64,000 nt of DNA from Candidatus Doudnabacteria bacterium (GCA_041644975.1 JBAZQX010000002.1:84603-148602); one strand, 5' to 3'. Numbered from the stretch's first letter, positions 47,760 through 58,322 are shown. Made by a program: numbers and translations. The notes: generated by a model from the letters alone, not told the origin.

Positions 47760-47822
47760 GTGAATTACGAAACACGTTGTCGTTGTGAGGGATTTGACCA
47801 TAAGCCCTCCTCGCAATGACGG
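47760..47822. repeat. Degenerate remnant of the MITE family
   Basis: GAATTACGAAA..GTCGTTGTGAGG..CCTCGCAATGAC. Confidence 0.55.
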
Positions 47823-47920
47823 AAAGGAAGTCATAGGAAGTAATTAATTTTCCTTTAAGTCATCTAGTTATAATCATTAAAATTGCCCGACATTCTTTTT
47901 AAAATGCGGGCTAAAAAATT

Positions 47921-48559
47921 ATGGCACAAGTTCAAGCACCTCCCACTCCTTCATCAGGGGGAAGCAAAAAAACAATTATTTTGATTGTGGTGATTGTTAT
48001 CGTTGTGTGCGTGGTCGGCGCGGGGGTCGGCGGTTATTTGATTTTCAGAAAAATTAAGACAGCGGCGAAGAACAAAATTGAACAGACACTTACCAACCCC
48101 GCCGAGAATGGAGATTTGTTGAATAAGCTTTCTGAAGAGGCAGATAACAGCGATGAGGCGGCGGAAGATTTTAAAAGGGTGGAAGACGTGGAAATGGCCG
48201 ACAGCTATTTGAAGGCATTGGATTTAAGCTTTCGTCCCGTACTCACGAGCGTTTTCGGCGAAGTAAAAATTACCAACTACCAGACTGATTATTTAGGTTT
48301 GGACATGGGTCAACAATTTTTGGAATACACAGTGAGCCGCAATATCGTGGCGCGTGATCTAAATGCTATTTTGAGCAGTTTAAAACAAGCCGGTTACACG
48401 GTAGGAAGCAGCAACCAAGATAAAGATGGGGCGAGTATAGTGGCGGAGAAAAGTGAAGTGTCTTTAGAGATTACTTACTGGCATGATGATTCCACAATTG
48501 GCGTGGTCATAACACCCGTTGTCAAAGATGAAACTGGCGGGGATGGAACAGTAGAGTAA
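47921..48559 (+). CDS. Membrane-anchored hypothetical protein
   Basis: Pro-rich start, single TM, soluble domain. Confidence 0.75.
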   Translation: MAQVQAPPTPSSGGSKKTIILIVVIVIVVCVVGAGVGGYLIFRKIKTAAKNKIEQTLTNPAENGDLLNKLSEEADNSDEAAEDFKRVEDVEMADSYLKALDLSFRPVLTSVFGEVKITNYQTDYLGLDMGQQFLEYTVSRNIVARDLNAILSSLKQAGYTVGSSNQDKDGASIVAEKSEVSLEITYWHDDSTIGVVITPVVKDETGGDGTVE

Positions 48560-48563
48560 TTTT

Positions 48564-48592
48564 ACCCCGTTAGAAATAAATTTCTAACGGGA
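48564..48592. repeat. CCCCGTTAGAAATAAATTTCTAACGGG palindrome
   Basis: Same core as 50248, 60573 and 60929. Confidence 0.85.
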
Positions 48593-48647
48593 TTTACACT
48601 ATTGGCGGCTTGCAGTAAAATAAAGCTAGAAACTAAATTTAAAATTT

Positions 48648-48992
48648 ATGACCAAAAAGAAAAAAGATTCCAGTCATCAAGATCTGGCGAAGACAGACAA
48701 TTCCTTGGAAGATTTTATTGTTAATTTATTAAAAGACAAGGGTTTAGCCGACGAAGATAAGATGGTTTTTGAGCAATTAAAAAGCGATTTGATGGGTGAT
48801 TTGGAAGACAGAATTAATGCCGCAATTTTGGCGGCGATGCCCGAAGATAAGCTTGCCAGTTTTGAGAAGATATTAGACACAGGCAGTGCGGCTGAAATCC
48901 AGAAATTTTGTATGGAAAATGTGCCTGACTTATCTGAAATTACGGCTTTGGAAATGCTCAATTTTCGCAAGACCTATTTGACCACTATTTAA
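48648..48992 (+). CDS. DUF5663-like small helical protein
   Basis: LEDRINAAILAAMPEDKLASFEKIL..EIQKF..NVPDL, pattern recalled from CPR DUF5663 proteins. Confidence 0.6.
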   Translation: MTKKKKDSSHQDLAKTDNSLEDFIVNLLKDKGLADEDKMVFEQLKSDLMGDLEDRINAAILAAMPEDKLASFEKILDTGSAAEIQKFCMENVPDLSEITALEMLNFRKTYLTTI

Positions 48993-49119
48993 AAGGAAAG
49001 ATAAAGATATGAAGGGGAGCGAGAATATTAGCTCTTTGCCTGGCATAAAAGCATAAATTTTTTTAGTGTTGTTTTAAACTTGAATAAAAAATAAATATTT
49101 TTAAAATTAAATTAAAAAG

Positions 49120-49857
49120 ATGGAACGTGAAACAAAACAATCTTGGAAGGAGTTAGGCCATGAAAAGAGGGAGAAGGTCAAAATGGAAAGAGAACAAAAG
49201 AAAGCTGAAAGCAAGGAATCCTGGGCGCTCAAAATGGAAAAAATGAAAATAGCCTGGGGCAAGGCTAAGAATTTTGGTAAGAATATTTTGCGCCGTGTCG
49301 TTGGCGCGAAAGAATCCGCGTTGGATATGGCTTATGCCAGTCCAGATATGGCGAAAGCAGGCCTAGAAACCACTAGCAGAGTGGTTGCCGGAGCCGCAAT
49401 AGGCGGCGTGGAGTTAGGGAGAAAAGGGATAGAGAAGTCCAAAGAGGGGGTAATCTTTTTGAAAGATAAAGCCATAGATTCGGCGGGCGCTGTGCAAGAG
49501 GGAGCGGTTAGTTTGAAGAGTCGTTTGATTAGCGGTAAAGATGATCTAAATGACTGGGTGGATGAAAAATATGGGGGTCTAAAAGGAATGGTTGGGGAGG
49601 GTTATGACAAAGTGATGGATGGGAAAGATAGAGCAGCGGGAAAATTATCTGAAGGTATGGAGTCGGCGCGCAATTTTTGGGAGAGTTGGAAGCAAGAAAA
49701 AGAGCAAAAACATTTGAGTGAACGTCTAAAATGGGTGGATGGACAATTAAAAAACATAGATAAAGAAAAGGAATCATTCACGAAAGAGAGGGAAGAAATA
49801 CTAGCAATAATGGAACTTAGTTCTTCTTTGGAAGGGTTACAGCAAGAAGCAACTTAA
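49120..49857 (+). CDS. Helical, apolipoprotein-like hypothetical protein
   Basis: Lys/Glu-rich amphipathic helices, central Ala/Gly-rich hydrophobic segment. Confidence 0.7.
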   Translation: MERETKQSWKELGHEKREKVKMEREQKKAESKESWALKMEKMKIAWGKAKNFGKNILRRVVGAKESALDMAYASPDMAKAGLETTSRVVAGAAIGGVELGRKGIEKSKEGVIFLKDKAIDSAGAVQEGAVSLKSRLISGKDDLNDWVDEKYGGLKGMVGEGYDKVMDGKDRAAGKLSEGMESARNFWESWKQEKEQKHLSERLKWVDGQLKNIDKEKESFTKEREEILAIMELSSSLEGLQQEAT

Positions 49858-49883
49858 AATAAATAAAAAGAATTGAAAAAAAT

Positions 49884-50189
49884 ATGAACAAGGATAGCCT
49901 AATTAAATTGATTCAGGAATCAAAAGTGAGCGAAGATTTAAAGAGCGAACTTTTGGGTTTGATTGGTGATGATGAACCTAGTCCGGAAATGATTCAAAAG
50001 ATACAAGTGCGCTTGGAGCAAGCGGCAGAGGAGAAAGTAGAAGAGGTTGCAAATAAAGTTGCCGAGAACGCAGCCGATACTTTTACTCAAGATGTTGATC
50101 AATTAGAGCAGGAAGAGAATAAAATAGCGCAGGAGATTAGCGAGAAGGCGGACGCAATAGATTTGGAAGAAACAAGGAAACAAATATAA
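49884..50189 (+). CDS. Small acidic helical protein
   Basis: 101-aa Glu-rich ORF. Confidence 0.7.
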   Translation: MNKDSLIKLIQESKVSEDLKSELLGLIGDDEPSPEMIQKIQVRLEQAAEEKVEEVANKVAENAADTFTQDVDQLEQEENKIAQEISEKADAIDLEETRKQI

Positions 50190-50237
50190 AGAGCCGAATT
50201 TTAGCGGTTATTTTTTGACGCGGTTCAAAGTAAATTT

Positions 50238-50302
50238 ACCCCGTTAGCCCCGTTAGAAATAAATTTCTAACGGGTTTAGAGAACGAAGTTCTCTAACGGG
50301 GT
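50238..50302. repeat. Nested CCCCGTTAG palindromes with TTAG duplication
   Basis: ACCCCGTTAG[CCCCGTTAGAAATAAATTTCTAACGGGTTTAG]AGAACGAAGTTCTCTAACGGGGT. Confidence 0.85.
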
Positions 50303-50451
50303 AAATTAGAGAATCTAGAAGTTGTTTGGATTTTGATTAATTTTTGCGTTTGAACAAGATATTTTTCATTTTAGATTTTCAGGAATATTTTTTATTCTGC
50401 GCGTTTTATATAAGGTGAAATTTTAAGATTATATTTTTAAAATATAACTAA

Positions 50452-50497
50452 ACCCCCACACCACGGATTTACATCCGTGGCATTCTGGTGTGGGGGT
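50452..50497. repeat. ACCCCCACACCA..TGGTGTGGGGGT palindrome with nested CCACGGAT..ATCCGTGG hairpin
   Basis: 12-bp outer IR and 8-bp inner IR seen directly. Confidence 0.8.
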
Positions 50498-50515
50498 AAA
50501 TATAAAAATAAATGT

Positions 50516-53500
50516 ATGAGCGAAGAAAATAATCCGGGTAAGGATTTAGGCATAGAGCATAAATTTCCGAGTCCTGATGAGCAGAATCGTGACATTCAAA
50601 ATAGTCCGTTGCCCTTGCCTGACGGCAGACAGGCAAGGGGGGAACTTGATGCAGAAGCAGAACAGCAAGGGGAACCAGCTCGCCCTTCCGTTGAAAGAAA
50701 AGAAAAAACACCAGAAAGCAGAGAGGAAATTTTGGCAAGTTTAGATTTTACTTTGGCTTGGCTCGCAGAGTCAATTAAAAAAGCGCAAACCGAGGAAGAA
50801 AAAAATAGATTGCAGTGGATTTTAGATTCCGCGCAAAACAGCTTAAAAGAATCAAGGGAAGCTTACGACGGCAAATACGAGGTTAAATCAGGGGAAAATG
50901 TTCAGCGCGAAGGCGCCTCGGTTGATGATTTATTAGAATGGTTAGGGGTGGAAATCAGCGCTTTAACGCAGGAAGGCAAGGCGGAAGTAGTGGAGAAATT
51001 AGAAAGGGCGCGTCAGATTTTAGAGCAAAATAAACAAAGTTATTGGAGGGCGCATTTTGACAAGGAATTAAGCGAAATTAATTGGGACGAGGCAACGAAA
51101 CAAAAACAGGATTGGCGGACGGAATATGAAGCGGGATTGATTTCGCGGGATTGGCGGGCGACCGGTAATCAAGATTCTGATTACAAAAAAGCAGAAGACG
51201 CGATGGCGAAAAGGCAGGAATTAATTTTACCGGTATTGAGCGGGCAGGAGGAGGAAACAGAAATTAAGCCGCAGAAGCAAGCGCAAGAAGAAGAAACAAT
51301 AAAAGTTCAAGAAAGACCGGAAGAAACTCCCACAGAGTCTCGCGAGGAAGGACCTAAAAAGGAAAAAGTGGTTTTTGCCAATGTCAGCGCGATGATTGAA
51401 GCGGCAGCTTGGGACGCGGCGAACGCGAAGATGACCGAAGGGAAAGAAAAATTAGGCGGGGCTAAGGGGTTTTTCAATAAAATTAAAAATATCGGCAAAA
51501 GGCTTTGGAAATACAATTGGGCTTATGAGACCTATAGGCGCAACGAGTATGAAAAAGCCAAAAAGAGGATTTACCGCGATTACAAAGAGGGGAGAATTGA
51601 TATTGATAAATTAAATATACTTGCCGCGGAAGACGAAACCAGCCGTCAGGAAAAACATCATGAAGCAATGGGCGCGATGTTTGACCGCTTTGCCTCGGAA
51701 TATGATGAAGCGGTGGAAGGAGAGGCTGGCGAAGAAAAGAAGAAAATCGAAGATGAAAGCATTAAGAGAGAAATAAGGGAGTTGATTCGGGATTATGCGG
51801 AAGGCAGTATTAGTGAAGGTGATTTAGCGAGAAAACATAATGAAATTTTGGGTAAAGTAGCTGGTCCGGACGTGGATGTCAAGCTTGAGGTTGACAATCT
51901 TTTGGAAATTGCGGAAAGGATTAAAAGGTTAGATGGTCATAATAGAGCGAGGGAGGCATTGGAATTGGATCTGGAAATTATCCGTGGTCGGGCGCGCGGC
52001 GGAATAAAGACAGAAGCGGGATTAGGGCGGCTGGATAGAATCATTGATAAAATGAAAAAGATGAGAGGTTTGTCTTGGATTAACGAAACAACATTAGCTG
52101 TCGGCGCGACTGCGGTTTATTGCATAGGGCGAGCTATTTCTAAAAGATTTGCTTACAGTAAAGCGGCGAACATCGCGCTCTTCGGCGGCACAGCCGCTTT
52201 GTCAGGAGCTTATGCCGGAATTTTAGAAAACAAAAGGGTGAAGGAAGAAAGGGCGCAGCACGCACGCGAGCGAGCGAAAGGCAAGACCTTTGCGCCCGAG
52301 GCGCGGCGCAGGCAGGAAATGGAAAAATTCCGTTACGAAACAGCCGAGGCTAAAACTATTCTTCAGGAATTGCAGAATAATTATGATGTCTATGAAATTA
52401 AAGGCAAGAGAAAATTGAAAGATCTAAGTGGGGAGGAATTAGGGCAAGCCCTAGGCAATTTAGCCGATTTGGAAGCAAGATTATCATTATCCAACGCGCA
52501 TAAAATAGATTTAATTCAATATTCGGCTCCAGCAGAAGTAGAGACAGAAAGAACAAAACTTTTACTGTTGCGCAGCCGCATTAAAGCTGATTTGGAGGGT
52601 AAATATCCAGCCGGGTTTAAAATCAAGGGCAAGAATCAAAATTTAGATGATTTAGTAAATATAAGTAAGGCAGAGTTAACACAAGGCAAAGACGAGGCAG
52701 AGGGGATTTCAAAAAAAGATGATGAATTTGACAAGATGAAAGCGAAGAGAGTGGCAAAAAGAGTAGCGCAGGCGGCGGTAACGGGTTTGATTTTAGGCGC
52801 GACTTTTCAGGAAATTCAGGCGGCAATGGATGACAACACACAGAGTTTATTAGAAGGTATTTTAGATAAAAACACGGACGCGGGACACCAAACTGCCTTA
52901 GAAGGTTTGCGCGATTGGATTACGCCTCAAAAAGGCGAGGGCGCGGCTCAAGAATTAAGTAAGATTATGATCGCGGGACACGAAGTGCAAGTGGGTTTGC
53001 CCAAAGGCGCGGAATTGAAAGATCCGAACGGAGACGGCGTATATTCACTTTTTTATCATAATAAAGAGCTTTGCGATAAAGTTTCCTTTGACGAGAAAGG
53101 CAATTTAACGAACGAGGCGCGGGCGGCTTTGGCGAGCCGCGGGGTGCATATTACGGAAACTTTGCCCGAGGGCGGAGCAAAAGAAGCTTTAGCAGGAGTT
53201 TCCACGCCAGAAGGGAGAATGACTTTTGTAGAAAAGTATTCGGAATTATTTAAAAAGATTACCCATGAGATGTGGTATGACAATAATACGCCGAAGCCTA
53301 TTTTTGACCATAATGAACTGCGTTTGGATTGGGGCGGCGAGAATGGTTTGGGTATAAATGAGAATGGCGATTATGTGTATAGTATCCAAAGAATGACCGC
53401 GGACGGTTCTTGGCATAAGGAATTTTCCGTGGATGCGCATGAGGCGGCAGGAAGGGGAGGATTGAGCCTTTTACTTTCAGCAAGCCATGACACGGAACAA

Positions 53501-55318
53501 TACGTGATTCCAATTAAAATTGATCAAGATTTTAACGCTATTATCCCCAAAGATAGCGAAGCCGCCCGTATGCTTTTTACGCAGGACGCGAAAGGTCAAG
53601 CGGATTATTTAGGGGATCACGCCGAAGTATCCCAGATGATGGGGAAGACGAATACTGAAGGAGCGGAATGGATTAGAGTTTTAGCGACAGACAGCGGAAA
53701 GAACGCGCCGGTCATCCCCGAGCCCGTGGAGCCTGTTCCGATTCCGATTTTTGAAATTCCGCCGCAGACTGATTTGCCGCCGGTGATACCAATATTGGGG
53801 AGAAAGCCGATGGAGAAAATGGCGCGACAAGAGAAACCGATTATACCTCTTTATCCTTATCCTTATTATGGTTCAGGGTCGGCGGAAAATATATTAAGAG
53901 AATTTGAAAGTCGCGGCATCAAGACCGATCCCTATATAGTTGAAATGCAGGATAGGAAACGAGTCTTGAAAAAAGAAAATGGAGAGAAGATTGAAAGAAT
54001 TATTGAACGTGAAAATAAGCACATTCAAGATTATTTAGAAAGTTTAAGTCCCGAGCATAGAAAAGAGTTAGAAGAATTAGATAGTGGGTTACCTCCTATG
54101 GAGAAAGAATGTCGCATAGCAATAATTATTCCGGCTCGGTTTGAAGGTAAAAATCTATCTAATCTTTTAGACCAATATACGAAACAGGTAGATGCCGATG
54201 GCAATGAACTTAATCCCAATCTTTTTGAGGTCAATGTTATTATTAATAAAAAGAATTCAGAACAGTGGGATGAATCAATGGATATAGTTCAAGATTGGAA
54301 AAGAAAAAATCCAAATATTAAGGTTAATGTGATTCAAAAATCGTTTGACGATGATAAAGGTTGCGTGGGAATTGCAAGAAAGTATATTACAGATTTGTCC
54401 CTTTTGCGTTCACTAAAAAGAAAAGAGCAAGATGGGTCCCTATATATTGAATCGGAAGATGCAGATTTGTTCAGTATAGATAAGAGGACAGTATCAAAAT
54501 TAATTCGTGATTTTGATCATAGTCCAGAAATTGATGTGTTGAGAGGAGTGCAGGACAGGCAACCGGAGATTTTGATGGAGAATGATTTATTATTTTTCCA
54601 GAGGCGATTGTCGGATTTTATGGAAGCTTTTTTAAGAGATAGAAAATATAGACCAGAGAGTAATCCGGAGTCAGATTTTGTTTGGCATAGGGTAGTAAGC
54701 GGGGGTTGGAACACGGCTTATACGGCCGAGGCTTACAGTCAAATCGGCGGTTATAATGAAAAAATGGTTATTGGGGAGGATATGGATATTGGGCAAAAAA
54801 TATCGGTTTTAAGAGGGAAGAAAGACGCTGGAAGCGGCGATTTTATTCCAAATACTTGGACAGCTAGGGCTTCTGGTTTGCGCGCTAATTCCAGCCCGCG
54901 TAGATTTATAGACGCCTTAAAGAGAAAGATTTCTCCGTATGAAGATTTTGAAAACCAATCTTTGAAAGGCAAGACATTAGATGAGTTGATGGAGAGCATC
55001 AAGAATTATGAAAAAGCAAGTGACAGCCAGACTAAGGATTATCAGGATACTATTAATTTCGCGGCGGATTTTGTTAAAGCGACATTCAAGAACAATAAAC
55101 AGGGTTGGCAAAGGGTGATGAAGCGCGCTTTAAGCGCGATGGGCTTGAGAGATCAAAAAGATTATGTATTTAGAGAGACTAATATTGAGCTTGATTCGGA
55201 AGGAATGAAGACAATTATTAAAAAATTGGATGATTATAAACAGGAGAGGCGTTGGAAGCTTGGATATCGTCGCCAGACAAGGGAAGCTGAATCTAATACT
55301 GGAAGAGTGCCATTTTGA
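50516..55318 (+). CDS. Very large protein: coiled coils, hydrophobic helical segment, beta domain, Pro linker, C-terminal GT-A (GT2-like) glycosyltransferase domain
   Basis: IAIIIPARFE..LLDQY, VNVIIN, VGIARK, ESEDAD (DxD), GWNTAY..AYSQIGGY..GEDMDIG; ATG 50516 preferred over the GTG inside a repeat. Confidence 0.8.
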   Translation: MSEENNPGKDLGIEHKFPSPDEQNRDIQNSPLPLPDGRQARGELDAEAEQQGEPARPSVERKEKTPESREEILASLDFTLAWLAESIKKAQTEEEKNRLQWILDSAQNSLKESREAYDGKYEVKSGENVQREGASVDDLLEWLGVEISALTQEGKAEVVEKLERARQILEQNKQSYWRAHFDKELSEINWDEATKQKQDWRTEYEAGLISRDWRATGNQDSDYKKAEDAMAKRQELILPVLSGQEEETEIKPQKQAQEEETIKVQERPEETPTESREEGPKKEKVVFANVSAMIEAAAWDAANAKMTEGKEKLGGAKGFFNKIKNIGKRLWKYNWAYETYRRNEYEKAKKRIYRDYKEGRIDIDKLNILAAEDETSRQEKHHEAMGAMFDRFASEYDEAVEGEAGEEKKKIEDESIKREIRELIRDYAEGSISEGDLARKHNEILGKVAGPDVDVKLEVDNLLEIAERIKRLDGHNRAREALELDLEIIRGRARGGIKTEAGLGRLDRIIDKMKKMRGLSWINETTLAVGATAVYCIGRAISKRFAYSKAANIALFGGTAALSGAYAGILENKRVKEERAQHARERAKGKTFAPEARRRQEMEKFRYETAEAKTILQELQNNYDVYEIKGKRKLKDLSGEELGQALGNLADLEARLSLSNAHKIDLIQYSAPAEVETERTKLLLLRSRIKADLEGKYPAGFKIKGKNQNLDDLVNISKAELTQGKDEAEGISKKDDEFDKMKAKRVAKRVAQAAVTGLILGATFQEIQAAMDDNTQSLLEGILDKNTDAGHQTALEGLRDWITPQKGEGAAQELSKIMIAGHEVQVGLPKGAELKDPNGDGVYSLFYHNKELCDKVSFDEKGNLTNEARAALASRGVHITETLPEGGAKEALAGVSTPEGRMTFVEKYSELFKKITHEMWYDNNTPKPIFDHNELRLDWGGENGLGINENGDYVYSIQRMTADGSWHKEFSVDAHEAAGRGGLSLLLSASHDTEQYVIPIKIDQDFNAIIPKDSEAARMLFTQDAKGQADYLGDHAEVSQMMGKTNTEGAEWIRVLATDSGKNAPVIPEPVEPVPIPIFEIPPQTDLPPVIPILGRKPMEKMARQEKPIIPLYPYPYYGSGSAENILREFESRGIKTDPYIVEMQDRKRVLKKENGEKIERIIERENKHIQDYLESLSPEHRKELEELDSGLPPMEKECRIAIIIPARFEGKNLSNLLDQYTKQVDADGNELNPNLFEVNVIINKKNSEQWDESMDIVQDWKRKNPNIKVNVIQKSFDDDKGCVGIARKYITDLSLLRSLKRKEQDGSLYIESEDADLFSIDKRTVSKLIRDFDHSPEIDVLRGVQDRQPEILMENDLLFFQRRLSDFMEAFLRDRKYRPESNPESDFVWHRVVSGGWNTAYTAEAYSQIGGYNEKMVIGEDMDIGQKISVLRGKKDAGSGDFIPNTWTARASGLRANSSPRRFIDALKRKISPYEDFENQSLKGKTLDELMESIKNYEKASDSQTKDYQDTINFAADFVKATFKNNKQGWQRVMKRALSAMGLRDQKDYVFRETNIELDSEGMKTIIKKLDDYKQERRWKLGYRRQTREAESNTGRVPF

Positions 55319-55495
55319 TGACCATATAATTTGATAAACAAAAATAGACAGAAATCTCTGTCTATTTTTTGATATATTAAATTCTCGATTATCTTTGAGG
55401 ACAAGATTTTGTCCGCAAGGGGAATCGAGAGAGGGAGCACAAGATAATGAGCAAAATGATTGTGAAATGATTTGCTCCCTCCTCGGGGACGAGTA

Positions 55496-55966
55496 TTAGC
55501 TCGTCTTCTGTTGGGGTTGTTGGGATTTTTTGTCGGCTGGTTTCGATGGTTCGGGGATCTTTTCCCATTCCAGGACAAAGGTGTCTAGATATTTACCATC
55601 TTTTCCGTATCCATTGATCACGAAACCGAAATTGCCGATAAAGACCCTTTTTTGAGCGGCAGTGCCTATTTTTTTATCCATATCTGTTTTGAGATCTTTA
55701 TTCTTTTCAATGATCTCCAAAACAATAGACGTAAAAGCGATTCCGCCGTTTTCAGTCCAGGCGAGTTTTGGGCTCATTCCAGGGAAGAAGGCTTCCACTG
55801 TTTCTTCAATTTTCTGGAGATTTTCCCTCCCTTTATTAAAGGTAGTGTACCTCGATGTAGCGTCTACGGGGTAGACTACTTCAGCGGTGTTATATTGTTC
55901 GTCAAGGTTTATCTTAAGATTTTTTTGACCTTCCAACTTTTTCAATTCTTCAAATAGATTTTTCAT
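55496..55966 (-). CDS. Hypothetical protein
   Basis: GGAGG SD before ATG at 55966; 156-aa ORF. Confidence 0.6.
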   Translation of the reverse strand: MKNLFEELKKLEGQKNLKINLDEQYNTAEVVYPVDATSRYTTFNKGRENLQKIEETVEAFFPGMSPKLAWTENGGIAFTSIVLEIIEKNKDLKTDMDKKIGTAAQKRVFIGNFGFVINGYGKDGKYLDTFVLEWEKIPEPSKPADKKSQQPQQKTS

Positions 55967-56035
55967 TTTTAACCTCCTGTGCAGACAGTGAATAGCAACA
56001 AGCCCCATTGCTTGCGCTATTTTAAAGATTTAATT

Positions 56036-56082
56036 CTGGATTCCCGTTGGAGTTTATTTCATATTCATTATGGGACGGGAAC
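56036..56082. repeat. Inverted homolog of the 30589-30638 element
   Basis: CTGGATTCCCGTTGGAGTTTA..TATTCATTATGGGACGGGAA. Confidence 0.7.
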
Positions 56083-56318
56083 AAAAAATAGGTGATTAAA
56101 TCGTCTAAAATAGCACAAGCAAGTGAAATATAGAAAGAGCGTAGTTCGTTTTATGTTTATTAGTATATCATATTTTGATTAAAAAGTCAATGCTCGGAGT
56201 CTATTTTGGCTAAGGTAAGCTCAAAAATTGATAATAATATTTATTTCTACTGTTTTTTGGGATAATCTGTTTTGCAATTGTGGCTTTTTTTTGTTAAAAT
56301 AGAAAAGAGGATAATTTC

Positions 56319-57998
56319 ATGCAATTTAAACTTTTAAAATTTTTTGTTTTTATATTAATACTGGGAGGTTTTTGTTTCGGATTCGGGCATTTTGTTTTCG
56401 CGAAGTCTTGGGACTTTGAAAAATGGGTGAGTGATATTATCATAAACCCGGACTCTACTTTTATGGTGCGGGAGACGCAGACGGTGAATTTTAATGGCTC
56501 TTTTACTTGGCTAAAAAGAGATATCGCGTTAAAGCGCTTCAAGAAGATTAGCGATATCGCGGTTTATGATAGCGAGGGGCGCAGGCTTTCTGCCGGCGAG
56601 GTGGAGATTAGCCGTAGTGTGGGCAATGTGGGCGTGAAAATTAATACGCAGGCTCAAGACGAACAAAAAACTTGGACGATTGAATACAAGATCCACGGCG
56701 GGATTGGCTTTTTTAAAGATTATGACGAGTTATACTGGAATGCCATATCTTCGGCGCGCGATGTGCCGATTAAATCCGTAGAGGTTTTCGTGCATCTGCC
56801 GCAAAAGGCGCCGGAGGGTGAGTTGAAACAGAGATTATTCACAGGCGCAGTCGGCTCTCAAAATGAAGTCCAGAATTTTAATGTTTTGGAGGATGGCGCT
56901 TTGCATTATTGGGGAAAGGATATCGCGCCGAATACAGAGTTCACGATTGTCGCCGGTTGGCCGAAAGGCATTGTGAAAAGGGACTTATGGCTTGCGTTTT
57001 CGCCTTATCTTTGGTCTTTAATTCCTATCGTTACTTTTGGTTTTTTATTTTTCAAGTGGTGGAAGAGCGGCCGCGATCCCAAGATGAAAGGAACGGTTAT
57101 TCCCCAATATGAACCGCCGAACAAAATGACGCCTGCTGAAATGGGCGTTTTGGTCCGCGAGAAGGTAGAGATGAAAGATATTTCCGCGACCCTGGTTGAT
57201 TTAGCGCGGCGCGGCTATTTAAAAATCGCGGAGGTGGAGAAAAAGGGGATCTTCACCACTTCTCGCACTTATAATTTCGCGCGCCAAAAGGATTTCAGAA
57301 GCGATTCTACTTTAAAAGAGCATGAGCGTTTGATTTTAAATGGTGTTTTGGGCGACCGGGAACAAGTTTCTTTAGAAGATTTGGAAAATAAGTTTTACCG
57401 CCATATTACCGGCATTAAAAATGCAGTTTTGGACGAGGTCACGCGGTCTGGTTATTTTAAGCAAAACCCGTCTCGCGTGATGCAGAAGTACATTGTTTGG
57501 GGGATACTTTTACTCGTCCTGGGCGGAGTAGGCTCATTTTTATATTCCAGTGAGCTTCTGCCGCCTTTCGCTGTGGGTTTCGCCGGCATTTTCCTCATCA
57601 TCTTCGGCCGTTTTATGCCGGCTAAAACTAAGAAGGGAGCGGAAGCAAAATGGCAGACCCTAGGCTTTAAAATGTTTTTGTCTGTCGCGGAACGATTTCG
57701 CTTGAAGGCTAATGTTGACCCTCGGATGTTTGAGAAATATCTTGCTTTTGCGATGGTTTTGGGCGTGGAAGGGAAATGGGCAAATCGTTTTGCGGACATT
57801 TATACCGAGCCGCCGGATTGGTATACTCCTGTTTCCGCTTGGACCGCCTTTTCTCTCATTAATTTTTCCAGCAATATTTCGTCAATGTCCAACAGTTTTT
57901 CTTCAGTTCTCTCTTCTTCTCCTTCCTCTTCTTCAGGATTTGGCGGAGGCGGGGGAGCGGGCGGAGGAGGTGGTGGTGGCGGCAGTTCCGCGGGGTAA
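56319..57998 (+). CDS. DUF2207 family membrane protein
   Basis: DELYWN, WPKG, QYEPP..TPAE.G, ATLVDLARRGYL, FEKYLAFAMVLG, Gly-rich tail. Confidence 0.92.
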   Translation: MQFKLLKFFVFILILGGFCFGFGHFVFAKSWDFEKWVSDIIINPDSTFMVRETQTVNFNGSFTWLKRDIALKRFKKISDIAVYDSEGRRLSAGEVEISRSVGNVGVKINTQAQDEQKTWTIEYKIHGGIGFFKDYDELYWNAISSARDVPIKSVEVFVHLPQKAPEGELKQRLFTGAVGSQNEVQNFNVLEDGALHYWGKDIAPNTEFTIVAGWPKGIVKRDLWLAFSPYLWSLIPIVTFGFLFFKWWKSGRDPKMKGTVIPQYEPPNKMTPAEMGVLVREKVEMKDISATLVDLARRGYLKIAEVEKKGIFTTSRTYNFARQKDFRSDSTLKEHERLILNGVLGDREQVSLEDLENKFYRHITGIKNAVLDEVTRSGYFKQNPSRVMQKYIVWGILLLVLGGVGSFLYSSELLPPFAVGFAGIFLIIFGRFMPAKTKKGAEAKWQTLGFKMFLSVAERFRLKANVDPRMFEKYLAFAMVLGVEGKWANRFADIYTEPPDWYTPVSAWTAFSLINFSSNISSMSNSFSSVLSSSPSSSSGFGGGGGAGGGGGGGGSSAG

Positions 57999-58075
57999 AT
58001 TCCCGCATCATCAAAATTTTGCCGCGGGGGTAAATTTTATGTTATAATTAAATTACCTGTAGACTATAGTAATTT

Positions 58076-58322
58076 ATGCAAAAACCTCTCAAAAAGAAAA
58101 AGAAGAGTATTACTATTGATGACTTAGCTAGGATGGTTCAAATAGGGTTTAATGAGACAGCAAAACAGAAGGATATGGATAACGTTTTAAGTCAGCAGAT
58201 GAACATTTTGATTCCATAGAAGAACGATTAGCTAGGATTTAAAATATCCTTATTCTTGATGCCGCATTGAAAGATTAGGAGGAGATATGAAAGAATTGAA
58301 AGAAATTTTTGTGGTTAAATAA
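58076..58322 (+). pseudogene. Frameshifted small coiled-coil protein
   Basis: ITIDDLARMVQIGFNETAK then, in shifted frames, RFKSADEHFDSIEERL and RIERLGGDMKELKE. Confidence 0.5.

Noticed and set aside
50477-50515. GTG start of the giant ORF
   Set aside because: It lies within a palindromic repeat; the ATG at 50516 follows an A-rich leader typical of this genome.
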